Assembly: GCF_018350175.1 (NCBI RefSeq)
Contig: NC_058368.1
Location: 83,516,001 to 83,580,000 of the forward strand
Length of the DNA stretch: 64,000 bases
Origin: Felis catus
Taxonomy: Eukaryota
Direction of reading: 5' to 3'
Position 1 is the stretch's first letter, and each line of letters opens with the position of its first letter. The position numbers and the translations under genes are program-made. Under the pieces are notes generated by a model. The model searched no databases, had not been told where the DNA came from, and saw only the letters and a list, made by a program, of their open reading frames with translations. Positions 27,229-40,374 of the stretch are shown one piece after another.

Positions 27229-28194
27229 TCAAAACACATCTCCTGACACTTTTTGTGTACATTTGAACCTGCCCATTGCCCTCTTCAGAGCTCCAGTCAC
27301 ATCCTTGTTCCTCAGACTGTAGATGAGTGGATTCAGCATTGGTGTAAGGATTGTGTAGAACACAGAGAAGACTGTATCCTGCGCTGGGTTATGGTAAGAG
27401 TGTGGCAGCATGTAGGTGTACATGGCAGCCCCATAGAACAAGGTCACTACTGTCATGTGAGATGAACAGGTGGCAAATGCCTTCTTTCTTCCCTCAACTG
27501 AACTCATGTGGTGGACTGTGGTCAGGATTTGGGCATAAGAAGCCAGCACCACAGAGAAAGGAATCAGCAACATCAGGACACAGCACACATACATTACTGT
27601 TTCATAGAGGGCTGTGTCTGCACATGCCAAACTCAAGACTGCAGGTGCCTCACAAAAGAAATGGTTAATTTCCCGGGAGTTGCAGAAAGGAAAGGTCATG
27701 GTTATGGGAGTTAGAAGGAAGCCATCCAAAAAGCCTCCAAACCAGGAACCTGCTATGATCATCCAACAGACCTGGCGACTCATAAGGACAGGGTAGCGAA
27801 GGGGGCTACAGATGGCCACATAGCGGTCATAGGCCATGAGGCCCAGTAGGAAGAACTCAGCTCCCACAAGGGTGAGGTAGAGGAAGTGCTGAGCTGTGCA
27901 CCCCATAAAGGATATGGTTCTTTGACCCAGCAGATAATCAACCAGCATCTTGGGCACAATGGTGGAGATATACATCATGTCAATGAAGGAGAGATGGCTG
28001 AGAAGGAAGTACATAGGAGTGTGCAGTCGTGAATCAGTGTGGATCAGGAAGATCATAATCCCATTGGCCATCAATGCAGTGAAAAAGATGATAGAGACAA
28101 TGGCAAATAGAAGGCCTGAGATGTCCTTCTTGTTGAACAGTCCCATCAAGGTGAAGTCTGTAGAGGATGTGTTGTACACTTCCATGGATCCCAT
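27229..28194 (-). CDS. OR2T1: Olfactory receptor family 2 subfamily T, OR2T1-like, 321 aa from [11 protein letters not shown] (frame open upstream to 28353)
   Basis: Intact ORF with N-glycosylation site [52 protein letters not shown]; termini match my recollection of human OR2T1. Confidence 0.93.
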   Translation of the reverse strand: MGSMEVYNTSSTDFTLMGLFNKKDISGLLFAIVSIIFFTALMANGIMIFLIHTDSRLHTPMYFLLSHLSFIDMMYISTIVPKMLVDYLLGQRTISFMGCTAQHFLYLTLVGAEFFLLGLMAYDRYVAICSPLRYPVLMSRQVCWMIIAGSWFGGFLDGFLLTPITMTFPFCNSREINHFFCEAPAVLSLACADTALYETVMYVCCVLMLLIPFSVVLASYAQILTTVHHMSSVEGRKKAFATCSSHMTVVTLFYGAAMYTYMLPHSYHNPAQDTVFSVFYTILTPMLNPLIYSLRNKDVTGALKRAMGRFKCTQKVSGDVF

Positions 28195-28597
28195 GATGGT
28201 GCTGCTGTGACCCAGAATCTTCCAAATAAAATGAGAATATTCACAGGGAATTAATATAAGGACATATAGGTTGATTGTTAAGCAAAAACTTGTAAAAGTC
28301 TGAAGAAAATACCTAAAATATTTACTTAGAATTTTGATGCTGATATCTATCATTTAATCTATTATAGAATGTGTTTACATAAAATTGATCACCTTAAATC
28401 AATAATTCTTTAAATACATTTGACAAGATTATGTCAACAGATGCTATTATACTATAGTGATACATATAACAACACATAGGGTATAAACCATATTGTTATT
28501 CTGTTAAACATACCCTAGTCTGGTGTGTGCATGTGTGTGTGTGTGTGTGTGTGTAACTACTATGTTAGTTTAAATTGGCGTCCTTATTAAATGAATC

Positions 28598-28803
28598 TTT
28601 TTTTAAGTTTATTTATTTTGAAAGAAAGGGAGAGAGAGAGAGTGAGCAAGGGAGGGGCAGAGAGAGAAGTTGAGAGAGAATCCCAAGCAGGCTCCACATT
28701 GTGCAGTGCCTAATGCATGGCTCCATCCCACAAACCATGAGATCATGACCGGAGCCAAAATCAGGAGTCAGACCTTCAACTGACTGAACCACCTGAGTGC
28801 CCC
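28598..28803 (-). mobile_element. Can-SINE
   Basis: Canonical structure; TSD aaa(t/g)gaatc. Confidence 0.9.
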
Positions 28804-29504
28804 AAAGGAATCATCATAATCAACAATACCACCATTTTAAAAATATCCCAGCACTGATGATAAGTAGTCTATCTCTGCCATTTAGCTACAAATGAGTGAT
28901 TGTCAATGTGGACTGTGAGAATTTGAGAATTATGAGTATTCTTTTGATACCATTTCATCTGTGTTGCAGACAAAATTGTATGGGAGAAAATGGGAAATAG
29001 AAACCACTCTTGCAAACTCAGAAAAAAAAAAGAGGCAATCACTCTTGTAGAATTATTTTTGTTTATTTTTAAGAAATAAATTTAAATTTAGGATGATGAA
29101 TAATTGGCATTAGGATTATGTATTAGCATCAGCATTCGCTATTTATTAGTATTTAGTATTTGCAATTAGGATTCAGAGGAAATAACACAGGGACATACAT
29201 GGTTAGCCATAAACCGCCTGCTAATTTTGGAAATTGAATTTTTTTCATATAGATTGGTAATTAAAAATACTGATCATATTTTACTTAATTTCAAGTGGTG
29301 ATAAAAGAAAAAAATCTACAAGCTTTTTGAAAGTTAATTATTATTTTTCATATGTTTAACATTAAGTATGTCAAGGTAAGATATATTTTACCAATGTGTT
29401 TTTAAGGTAGATTGACCAAACTAATCCATTCCTCTAAATATTATACAAATATGAGTATTTGAATTAATTGCACAGAAAAGAAAATACTATTAAGAATAAT
29501 TACA

Positions 29505-29710
29505 GGGGCACCTGGGTGGCTTAGTCAGTGGAATGTCTGACTCTTGATTTTTGGCTCAAATCATGGTCCAAGGGTGGTGGAATCAAGCCCCGCATCGGAC
29601 TCCATACTGAGTATGGAGACAGATTCTCTCTCTCTCTCTCTCTCTCTCTGCTCCTCTTCCCTGTTGTGCACATTCTCTCTACCTATTCTATCTTATTTAA
29701 AAATTTAAAA
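29505..29710 (+). mobile_element. Can-SINE
   Basis: ggggcacctgggtggcttagtcag head; TSD aagaataatta. Confidence 0.9.
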
Positions 29711-30880
29711 AGAATAATTAGAACAACACTGTAAAGAGTTTACTTTGTGCCAAGTGCTTCATTTCGATTGACTTGTTGAGCTACACAATAAACCTAAGAA
29801 GTGAGGAACTATAACCCTCATTTCACTGATGGCAGAATTGTGAATAATGTTCTTCTGGTCACACATACTCTTAATGGCAGGGATGTTTGGACCAGGCAGC
29901 CTCAAATCATTCTGTGCTCTTACCTACAATCCAAAAAATTAGGCATTTACATTATCTGTCAAATTAAATGTGCCAACAATGTAAATCTGTGAATTTTTAA
30001 CTATATGCAATAATATTGCTAATGAAAATATGTCATAATTGAGAATATAACACACAAATTATTATACTCAAGACTGCTGTTTTTAATAGAATAAACTCTA
30101 TTTTTTCTCTTTTATCTTTTTATGTGTATGAATTTCAAACTATTTGAAACACATTTTATAAATTTCCCTGACACCATATACCATGTCATCATCATTTCCA
30201 ATCGGCCTCATTTCCTTTACCTTTCTAATTAAAATATGTATCTAAAGGGAAAATGCTGTCAAGTTTATGGAATAGCCTAAATATAAGTTGTATTCTGTTT
30301 CCACACCTTTCACATTCAGTCTAACTCTTATGATGCACTAAATTCCCAGTAACAGAGGCAAAATTATGTATTCCTTTACAAGGTCAAGTAGTTTTCCCCG
30401 TTCATCATTCACATGCATTCCAAAATATTTTAAAAATATCTATCTTTCTGTTTTTTTTTTCTCTATCTCATCCTATAGTTCTAGCATAACAAAGGCAAAC
30501 TCAAGTCTTCTCTATTTTGCATCTGGCTGGCCTTACTCTCCTTTTTGCACGTAAAAGTTCTAAATGGTCAGAGAGCAAGTCCTGTTTGGTTAAATATGCT
30601 ATTTTACTATGAGGAAACATGATGAAAAGGACCCATACTTATTAAATTTCTGCTGAGAACAGATTATATTACTTTGTTATGGTTAGTACAAATGAAAATA
30701 ATCGGAAAATGTCTAGAATAATTATGTGACCTTATACAGGAATTTCCTTCTGCAATATTATAGTAGACATAGAGTAAAGCAAAATTTAGAATCAGATGAA
30801 TTGAGTTCTACTCATGTTAATGCTGTTACCTTGGATTCTCTCCCCCAAACACTCTGAGCCTCAGTTTCCATTTATATTAG

Positions 30881-31089
30881 ATTTATTTTTTTTAATTTTT
30901 TAATGTTTATTTATTTTCAGAGAGAGAGAGAGAGGGAGAGAGAGAGAGAGAGAGAGAGAGAATCTGAAACAGGCTCCAGGCTCTGCGCTGTCAGACATGG
31001 AGCCTGATGTGGGGCTCAAATCCATGAGCTGTGAGATCATGACCTCAGCCCAAGTCAGATGCTTAACTGAATGAGCCATCCAGGAACCC
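30881..31089 (-). mobile_element. Can-SINE (next to a MIR relic at ~30780-30875)
   Basis: T-tail, (GA)n, aatctgaaacaggctccagg body. Confidence 0.9.
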
Positions 31090-32796
31090 TCATACTTGTG
31101 AAGTTTTTAAAATAAATGCAAAACCTTACATTTAACCCTAAATCTTCTTTATATTTCTAAATTCTGCAAAAATTTTAATCATCCATAATCAAATCAAATT
31201 GAATAAGAAAGACATAATTGTTAGACAGTAAAATGTCAATGTAATCAGACAATTTCACCAAGTGTCTACTATTGTTTACAACATCAATCCAAGAAGTGAC
31301 TTAGAACTATATTCCTTTGTTGACCATGTAGTCCTCCTGCCAGAACCTCTAAAGAGATCACACATTTGGATAACCATTGGATAACCATAATTAGAGAGAC
31401 CCACTCTTTCTGATTAAAGTTTATTCCATGGTATGGTGGACATTTAAAAAAATGTTTCTGAACCACTATCAGAGTGGAACTGAAATATACAAGTATCTGT
31501 ACAACCTTTAAAATCATTATGGAAGAGTGATATGTAAAATGTTTGCATCACTGACAAGGCAAGAGCTCTGAGCTTGAAGTCAGAGGACCTACAGGAGTCT
31601 GCTTATGTGTCATTAAGGCAAGTACCTCCATCTTCCAAACTTCAGTTTTCTTTTCTGTAAAAAGAGTGCAAGGATGCAAAGGCAATCATGCCAGTGCTGG
31701 TGGTGATGGGAGCTCCAGCAGGGAATTAGGAAGACTTTTCATAATTGATGCCCTATAAACTAAGACTAAATGCAAGTTTTTCATTTAAATTTTCTGTGTC
31801 TTTCCAATAGTATTGCCCTTTTCCCATCCAATTAATAAGGTCAATTTTTGCTTAAGTCATTAAAAAAAGAAAAAAAGAGAAAAGGAAAGATTTTGCTAAG
31901 ATCATGTACACACAGACATAAACAGGTATTATTAGGAAAGAATATTCTTTGCACTGTTCCACTCAAAAGCACCATTACAACTGTATATTTGAAATGCATT
32001 CTCTAGATAATTTCCAGAAATAATTAAACAAGCAGTCTGCTTCTCAATGTATTTGAGGTGGGGGACGTGGGGCAGTCATTACCTCACTAAGTTTCCACCT
32101 GAGATTTGCAGCCCGTGAGTTGTAGACAGCCCTGTCTCCATTTCCTTAAATTTAACTTGCATAAGCCTTTGATTTATTGAGACCCTTAAAAAATGTTGTG
32201 AAAGCTCATTAATTTCCTTATTCACCAAATATTTAAAGTGTCATTTGAAGAGCCAGGCTATGTGCTCATTAGCATTTGATTAGTCACCTGTGATCTTGGT
32301 GGAAACCTTCAATAGACCTGGATTTTAATTAAAGAAATAGGAATTAACAATAAACAGAGTTGGTCTAGTATTTCAGCAGCCCCTAGATAATCACTAAATT
32401 GCTTAACTTTAATAATGAATTTTGCATTGTGCAGAAAAACTTCAAACTATTTAATCCAACCATTTAATTTCCAAAGAGCTTCAAAATGATTTATTCATTT
32501 ACCCAATATCTTCCCATTTTAACCCCATCAATTTACAATCCTCAATACTTTTCTCAGGCATGCAATTTGAATGCTATGTATTAAAAGCAGCTTGCTACAC
32601 ACATTTCTTGGTATGCGTAAAAGAAGGGAATGCACATCATCAATATAAAAAATCACCTGGTGCCTAAGTTTATACTAAACCTAGGTCCAGCTAAGATAAT
32701 CTCTGTCACTTACTTAGAGGTGAATCTTCTCCACAGTCATTCAGAGTAGGGTGCGTTGTTCAAAGGTAAAGACGGTCATACAAAATTTGTTAAAAA

Positions 32797-32843
32797 TGAA
32801 TGAATGAATGAATAAATGAATGAATGAATGAATGAATGAATAC
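32797..32843. repeat. (GAAT)n microsatellite
   Basis: Direct reading. Confidence 0.9.
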
Positions 32844-33479
32844 ATAAATACAAAAAAAAACTCAGCAGGAAAGCATAAGAACTTTCTATAACTAAGAAAG
32901 AAATGGGAAATGAACAAAGACTTCAGAAAACAGAAAGTGATCTGTCACTAGAAGAGAAATTATTAAGTTTAATGGATTTGATTTATCCTCTAGTTTATGT
33001 TAACAAATTAAAAACACAAAGCTATTCACAGTCATAGGTATCCATGGTAGGAGAGATTTCAAGATCTGGCCAGTCTGTATGACCAGATGTCTGCTGCATG
33101 AAAATCCAGCACACAGAGGTTTTTAATTTGTATTTATGAACTTGAATTTTCTGAACTATAGACTAAAAGTATCCTTAGCAACTGGTGATGGAATTAGCAC
33201 AAAGAGATATGCACAGCAAGTTATCAAGAGCTACTTTGCAATATAACTCTGCAGAAGGAAGTATCATCAAAAGAAAATTCCCATCCTAAAACTCCTGAGA
33301 CATTTTGCAATGCCAGGACAAATCATACAATTTTCCATTCTTCTATAAAGGTGTGTTAATTCTTGCATTCTATCTTTACAAGAAAATAGCTAGAAACCAA
33401 AAAGAGACAATTATGAACGATTAAGAAGGAAGAAAGCTGCAGACCATTAAAGAATGCTAAATCATCTCTGGGTGTTCTG

Positions 33480-33760
33480 TGTTTGGATTCCCTAGCCCAA
33501 AGGGGAGCACCCAGAGTGAAAAGAGGCAGGAATTTAAATAGTTTTATGACAATGACAGAAAATGAAGTGCTCTTAAAAAGAGCACATCTCATCCCTATGG
33601 ATCTCAGTATATATTAATGAGACAGATTTGTCACAGCTAATTAGAATTGTATTCATGGGGTGGAAGAGAGTGAGCCCTAAAGTCATATTGGGCTTTGAAA
33701 AAATGTTTCCACCATTTGGTTCCCAAGTGCAAGTCCCTGATATTCTGACCATTTCATCAG
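33480..33760 (-). promoter_or_regulatory. Candidate OR2T1 promoter
   Basis: O/E-like CCCAAAGGGGA, ATCCCTATGGA (33591), TTCCCAAGTG (33720) with homeodomain TAATGA (33615) and CTAATTAG (33637), ~5.4 kb upstream of the ATG in unique sequence. Confidence 0.4.
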
Positions 33761-34010
33761 AAATTTCCTCCAGCATCTTTTCCTACTAGAGAAATGTGGG
33801 AATTACCGTGAAAAACAATAAAAAAGATTAAAAATAGCCTAATTCATGCTATTTATTTTAACATTTTATTGATGTAATAATAATTATTACATCTGTGTAT
33901 TATGGCAATACATACCTTGAGGAAAATATGAAATGTTTAAAAATTTAGAATATTCCTTAATATCCAGAGATAGTTGCCAGAAACATATCATATAGAAGGT
34001 TATCTGTACA

Positions 34011-34190
34011 GGGGCACCTGTGTGGCTCAGTTAGTTGGGCTTTGTGGGTTTGAACCCTGCATCCGGCTCTGTGCTGACAGCTCAAAGTCTGGAACCTGCT
34101 TCGGATTCTGTGTCTCCTTCTCTTTCTGCTCCTACCCCACTCATTCTCTCTCTCTGTCTTTCTTTCTCTCAAAAATAAGCAAACATATTA
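34011..34190 (+). mobile_element. Can-SINE (internal deletion)
   Basis: ggggcacctgtgtggctcag head; TSD aag(g/a)ttatctgtaca at 33996-34010 and ending 34446. Confidence 0.9.
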
Positions 34191-34204
34191 AAAAAAGATT
34201 ATCT

Positions 34205-34430
34205 GGGGGCTCCTGGGTGGCTCAGTCGCTTGGGCGTCCAGCTTGGGCTCAGGTCTTGGTCTCCCAGTTCATGAATTTGAGACCTGTGTCAGACTCTGTG
34301 CTTACAGCTCAGAGCCTGGAGCCCGTTTCAGATTCTGTGTCTCCCTCTCTCTCTGACCCTCCCCCATTCATGCTCTGTCTCTCTCTGTCTCAAAAATAAA
34401 CATTAAAAAAATTATAAAAAAAAATTTAAA
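34205..34430 (+). mobile_element. Can-SINE inserted into the 3' TSD of the preceding SINE
   Basis: TSD aaaaagattatct on both sides. Confidence 0.9.
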
Positions 34431-34846
34431 AAAGATTATCTGTACAAAATTGCATTTTCATTGTGTGTATACATACATGCATAAGTACAGTGTATGCATA
34501 CACACACACATACTGTATAATATTTATATACTAACACATATATATGCATGGGTATGTTTATGTATTACATATAGTTTGGCAATTTATATTGTTCACGAAC
34601 TACTTCTTAAGAAGTGTCCTTCATGTGAAATACTCTTCCAAATGTAACATTCAATGTCCACAGGGTATTCTATCTTGTGGATATACTCCATTATATTTAA
34701 CCAATATTTCAATTTTGATGCACACATTGTTTTAACAGTGGCAATAATAAATCATGTAATGATAAAAATTCTTATACTTAATTTTGAGTGTGGATCCTTG
34801 AGTGGTTTTTTTTCACAACGTTTTCTTCCATCAGAACTATTTAATC

Positions 34847-35330
34847 ATTTTGTGTAAATATATTTAAAGTTTTTATTTATTTTTTAAGTTTTTATTTATT
34901 TTGAGATTATATATATGTATGTATATATATATGTGTATATATATGTGTATATATATATACACATATATATGTGTATATATATATATACACACATTTTGTG
35001 TAAATATATTTAAAGTTTATATATATATATATTTTATATATTATTAAATATATTTTGTGTAAATATATTTAAAGTTTTTATTTTTTAAGTTTTTATTTAT
35101 TTTGAGATTATATATATATGTGTGTATATATATGTGTATATATATGTGTATATACATATATATGTATACATATATATACACATATATATATACACATATA
35201 TATGTGTATATATATATGTGTATATATATATATACACATATGTATATACACATATATATGTGTATATATATATACACATATATATACACATATATATACA
35301 CATATATATATATACACATATATATATATG
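34847..35330. repeat. Compound (TA/TG/CA) microsatellite with local tandem duplications
   Basis: attttgtgtaaatatatttaaagttt occurs at ~34847, ~34993 and ~35053. Confidence 0.9.
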
Positions 35331-35518
35331 AGAGAGAGAGAACGAGAGAGAGAGCTAGTAGGGGAAGGGCAAAGAGAGAGGGAGAGAGAGAATCCCAAGC
35401 AGATTCTGCGCCGTTAGCTCAGAACCTCATGTGGGGCTGGATCACGTAACTGTGATGTCATGACCTGATCCAAAATCAAGAGTTGGATGTTTAACTTACT
35501 GAGACACCCAGGTGCCTC
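35075..35518 (-). mobile_element. Can-SINE with expanded microsatellite between linker and tail
   Basis: Head at 35518 (cacccaggtgcctc), GA linker at 35330-35390, tail at 35075-35107. Confidence 0.85.
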
Positions 35519-36239
35519 TTTATTTCACTTTTAAGTTGCATTTTTACAATTTCCCACTTTACTTATCTACTGTCTATCAGTTCCCATTTCCCTGATGCAC
35601 TGTAAAGATAAATAAACACACAAATTTACATGTCTGGTAATTGTGGCATAAGATGACTTAATATAATTATTTTTAAATTTTTTTAGTAAGGTTAAAACTT
35701 TGAATATATGTCCATTTGTTTTTATTTATTAGAAATGCTATTTTTTAACTTTCTCTTTGAATATTTAAGTATGAATATGTGTCTTCCCTGTATGTCTCAA
35801 GTATTGCTTGCATTTTCTTGTTTTTTTTTTTTATTTTGTTATTGTTCATAGCTTTTTTTTTGTTAATCAATAATATTTTTTTAATTATGGAGTAAAAGTC
35901 ATCATTACATCTGTAGTTTCTTCTACTGATTCTATACTTTGAAATCCTTGAATAGCTTTAATGTGAGAAACTTGTTTTTTAACTTTTATCAGTTTTCATT
36001 TGTCTGTATGCGGGGATGTTTTACACTTAATTCTTCAAAGTCTAGAATTTGGAGATATGAATATGAAGCAGAGATTTACTGTATTGTCTCTGAAAATTAT
36101 GTATTTGTCTTAAAATCAACTATTGATAATTTATTCCTTTATCCAGTCAGTTTCAATGTCATTTTTTTTCATATACTAAATCTTTATAATTTTCAGGAAC
36201 TTAACTCTTCTAATTCTTAAAACTGTAAGTAAAAACTAA

Positions 36240-38598
36240 CATTTTATCAGATATGTCATTTGAAATATTTTTCCCCATTCTGAAGGCTGCCTTTTAGTAT
36301 TTTTATTGTTTCCTTTGCTGTGCAGAGATTTTTATTTTGATAAAGTCCCAATAGTTCATTTTTGGTTTTGTTTCCCTTGCTTCAGGAGACACATCTACAA
36401 AGAAGTTACAAGGCTGATGTCAAAGAGGGTCCTGCCTATGTTCTCCTCTAGGATTTTGTTTCAAGTCTTACATTTAGGTCATCAATCCATTTTGAATTTA
36501 TTTTTCTGTATGGTATAAGAAAGTGGTCCAGTTTCATTTTTCTGCATGTTCCTATCATGTATGTTGGTTTTTCCAACATCATTCGTTGAAAAGACTGTCT
36601 TTTTCCCATTAAATATTATTTCCTGCTTTGTCAAAGATGAGTTGACTATATAGTTGTGGGTCTATTTATGGGTTTTCTATTTTGTTCCATTAGCATGTGT
36701 GTTTATATTTGTGTTTGTACCTTGGTGTATGATCATTACAGATTTTTAATATAACTTGAATTCTGTTACATTGATCCATGTGTCTGTTTTTGCCTAAAGC
36801 AAGCAGAAGAAATAATATAATAAAGATTAGAGCAGAAATAAATACTTTTTTAGAAAAAAAAAATAAGTAATTGTATTAAAAAAAACTAAGAGCTGGTTCT
36901 TTGAAAGAATTAACAAATTGATAAACCCTTAGCCAGACTCATCAAAAGAAAAAGAAACAGATAAAATCACAAATTAAAAAGGAGAGATCACAACCATCAC
37001 CGCAAAATGCAATTATAATAGCATACTACGAAAAATTATATGCCAACAAACTAGGCAATCTGGGTAAATGGACAAAATCCTAGAAACTCACTATTATTAC
37101 CGAAACAGGAAGAATTAGAAAATTTGAACTGATCCATAACCATCACAGACATTGAATCTGTAATCAACAATCTCCCAACAAACAAGACTCCTGGGTCTGA
37201 TGGTTTCCCAGGGGAATTCAACCAGACATTAAAGGAGAGTTAATACCTATTCTTCTCAAACTGTTCCAAAATATATAAATTGAAGGAAAAAGTCCAAGCT
37301 CTTTCTATGAAGCCAACATTACACTGATTCCAAAACCAAACAAAGACCCCACTACACAGGATAACTATAGGCCAATGTTCTTGATGAGCTTGGGTGCAAA
37401 AATTCTCAACAATTCAACAGTACATTAAGAGAATTATCCACCATGATTAAGTGGGATCTCTCCTGGGCTCTAGGGCTGGTTCAATATTCACAAATCAATC
37501 AATGTAGTACACCACATTAATAAAAGAAAATATAATAACCTTATGATCTTGTCAATAGATGCAGAAAAAGCATTTGACAAAATACAGCATTCATTCTTGA
37601 TTAAAAAAAAACCCTCAACAAAGTAGGGACACATAGAACATATCTTAACATCATAAAGACCATATATGAAAAACCCACAGCTAACATCAGTCTTAGTGAG
37701 GAAAAACTGAAAGACTTTCCCAGGTCAGGAATAAGACAGGGATGTCCACTCTTACTGTTACTATTTAAGATAGCACTGGAAGTGCTAGCCTAAGCATCAG
37801 ACAACAAAAATAAATAAAAGGCATCCAAATCGGCAAGGAAGAAGTTAAAAATTTCACTATTTGTGGAGGACATGATACTCTATGGAGAAAAACCTGTAAG
37901 ACTCCACCAAAAAATTGTAGAAGTAATACATGAATTCAGCAAAATCATAGATATAAAATCAATGTGCAGAAATCTGTTGCATTTCCATACACCAATAACG
38001 AAGCAGCAGAAATAGGAATCAAGGAATCGATTCCAATTGCAATTGCACTAAAAACAGTAAAATACCTACGAATAAACCTAACTAAAAAGGTGAAAGGTTT
38101 GTATTCTTAAAAGGATAGAACATTTATGAAAGAAACTGAAGAGGACATAAAGAAATGGAAAAGCATTCCATGCTCATGGATTAGAAGAACAAACATTGTT
38201 ACAATGTCTATACTATCCAAAATAATTTACACATTTAATGCAGTCTCTATCAAAATACCACAAGCATTTTTCACAGAGTTAGAACAAACAATCCTAAAAT
38301 TTGTATGGAACCCAAAAAGACCCCAAATAGCCAAAACAATACTGAAAAAGAAAAACAAAACTGGAAACACCAAAATTCTAGATCTCAAGCTATATTACAA
38401 AACTGTCGATGTACAGTGTGATACTTGCGCAACAGATTTTTGTGTGTTGATTTGTATCCTTTGTGTTTACTGAATTCATTTATCAGTTCTTGCAGCTTTT
38501 TGGTGGAGTCTCAGATTTTCTATATAGAGTGTCATATGATCTGCAAATAGTGAAAGTTTAACTTCTTGTATTGGCCACCATTCTTTACAACCTATGTT

Positions 38599-38600
<2 letters not shown>
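36240..38600. mobile_element. Rearranged L1 ORF2: minus 36240-36793, plus 36794-38410, minus 38425-38600
   Basis: Each segment aligns by eye to ORF2 of the 12001-17978 element. Confidence 0.88.
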
Positions 38601-38636
<36 letters not shown>

Positions 38637-40374
38637 CACGCGAGCAAATGCATGTATGCGTGCACACGGGTGTGAATTCTCCTGAGCCTCAGAAAACACA
38701 AAATTTTATTTTTTTTCAATTGTTACTGAGTTTTCTCATCAACAAAAAATGGTTCTGTAGATAAAAACATTCGATGCAAGAGATCTGAATTTTTTGCCAA
38801 TGCTGCTCTTGACAGCAGATTGTGTAACCCAGTACAGCTTGCTGGAACTTGTTTCCTTATCTTTACAATAATCATTTTGAACAGATCAGTAATAACAAAT
38901 ACAGGGTATTTGTGCCTGGCAACTATACCCTGGCACTCACCCCCAGGAGCACGCCTGTATCCATCCTGGTTGATGAGATTATACCACTCTTCTTACAAAC
39001 CTTAACTCTGGCCTTCATCCTTGACGAAATTCTCAACACAGAAATCCAAGAAGCCACTGTCAATTGTTAAAATTAGCAAATGCCATAAACCCATTGATCA
39101 GTCATTGTACTTACTCCTTTGAACTTTCTTCCTGTATGAACGATTCCTCACATTTCCTTTGGATGTCATCTACACAGTGCTTGCTGATTGTCAGGCCCTT
39201 GGCAGGTACTGGAAGACCACTGGATTCCTTGTCTCACCATAGTGTTCAATTCACCTGTACTCCTTCCCATGGATGGTCTTGTTCTTCTTAGGGACACCAA
39301 TTAATGCCAAAAATCACTCTATCTGCTATATACAGGTGCATTATTTTTAAGCAAATCATGTGTTCATGATGTTCTAAATATCAGAATAGAAACCACAGTT
39401 TAAAACTTTGGTCATATACTTCCTGAAGTTGTTGAAAGGGCCTGTGCACTACTCAAACTACTGTCAAGTTTTTTTTCTGAAAGAATTAGCAATTATATCT
39501 GCAGGAATATTACCCATTTCATTTACGAAGAAACAGGCTGAGACGGCAGAGTCATCTAAGTGACAGCATGAGTGATTAGCAGGACTAAAAGTCAAATTAA
39601 TCACTGTTCTAGGCATTACTAATACTTCTATGAATACAAGTTATGTATTTTCCTTATAGGTTTCCACCAGAGGAAGCACAAATTCCTGACCTTATCCATT
39701 TGCTCTAGCACTGATGTTCAACCTGATTTTTCTGCTCCACGCCTGAACAGCTCACAAGTGGAGAAATGACTACATACTCCTTTAAAGGACTTAAAAATTT
39801 TCCACTATATTTGCACAGCTATTATGGTCTGAGCTACATAACTTTTAGTATTTGAAACTTGTATTGAATGATAAAATACTCTCTGAGAAGAAAACCATTC
39901 CACTCACTCTAATGAAGACTTTTCCTTGCAGTAACAGCTTTCATTTGAGATTGTTTTCTCCTAGTGTGGAGAAGACAGAGCTCAGGGAAATATCAACCAT
40001 TTATTTCTCCTCCACACACAGATTGTGCATTACCAGTACCCTCTTACATATTCAGGAGGGGGAAGGAATGCTGACTTGGATTGTGGAATGCCAAGGAAAT
40101 GTTACCTACCATATGCACAAGTGAAACTAAATGGCATTTGGTCCAAGTTCTACTAATTAACTCTTCTTTCTAAAAAATATTATCCTCATTGCTACCCACT
40201 CCCAAAATGCACACAGCCAAATCCTAAAAGTAAGGCTAATAAGATTAACAAACTTTTATTATTTAATGCTCATCCCCACCCCACTTTTACCAGCTCCATT
40301 ATATCTTGTGACAGCTTCTAGTGATTTCTTGAGTGAAATACGGTATCAGAGGGTTACATGGGTTTTAAGAAGGT

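Noticed and set aside
27253..28210. Antisense and alternative-frame ORFs over the OR genes (also 44328-45163)
   Set aside because: Shadow ORFs of the real CDS
35044..35449. Several ORFs rich in Y/I/H/T/C/V
   Set aside because: Translations of a TA/TG/CA microsatellite; the same applies to 19897-20117 and 6080-6274
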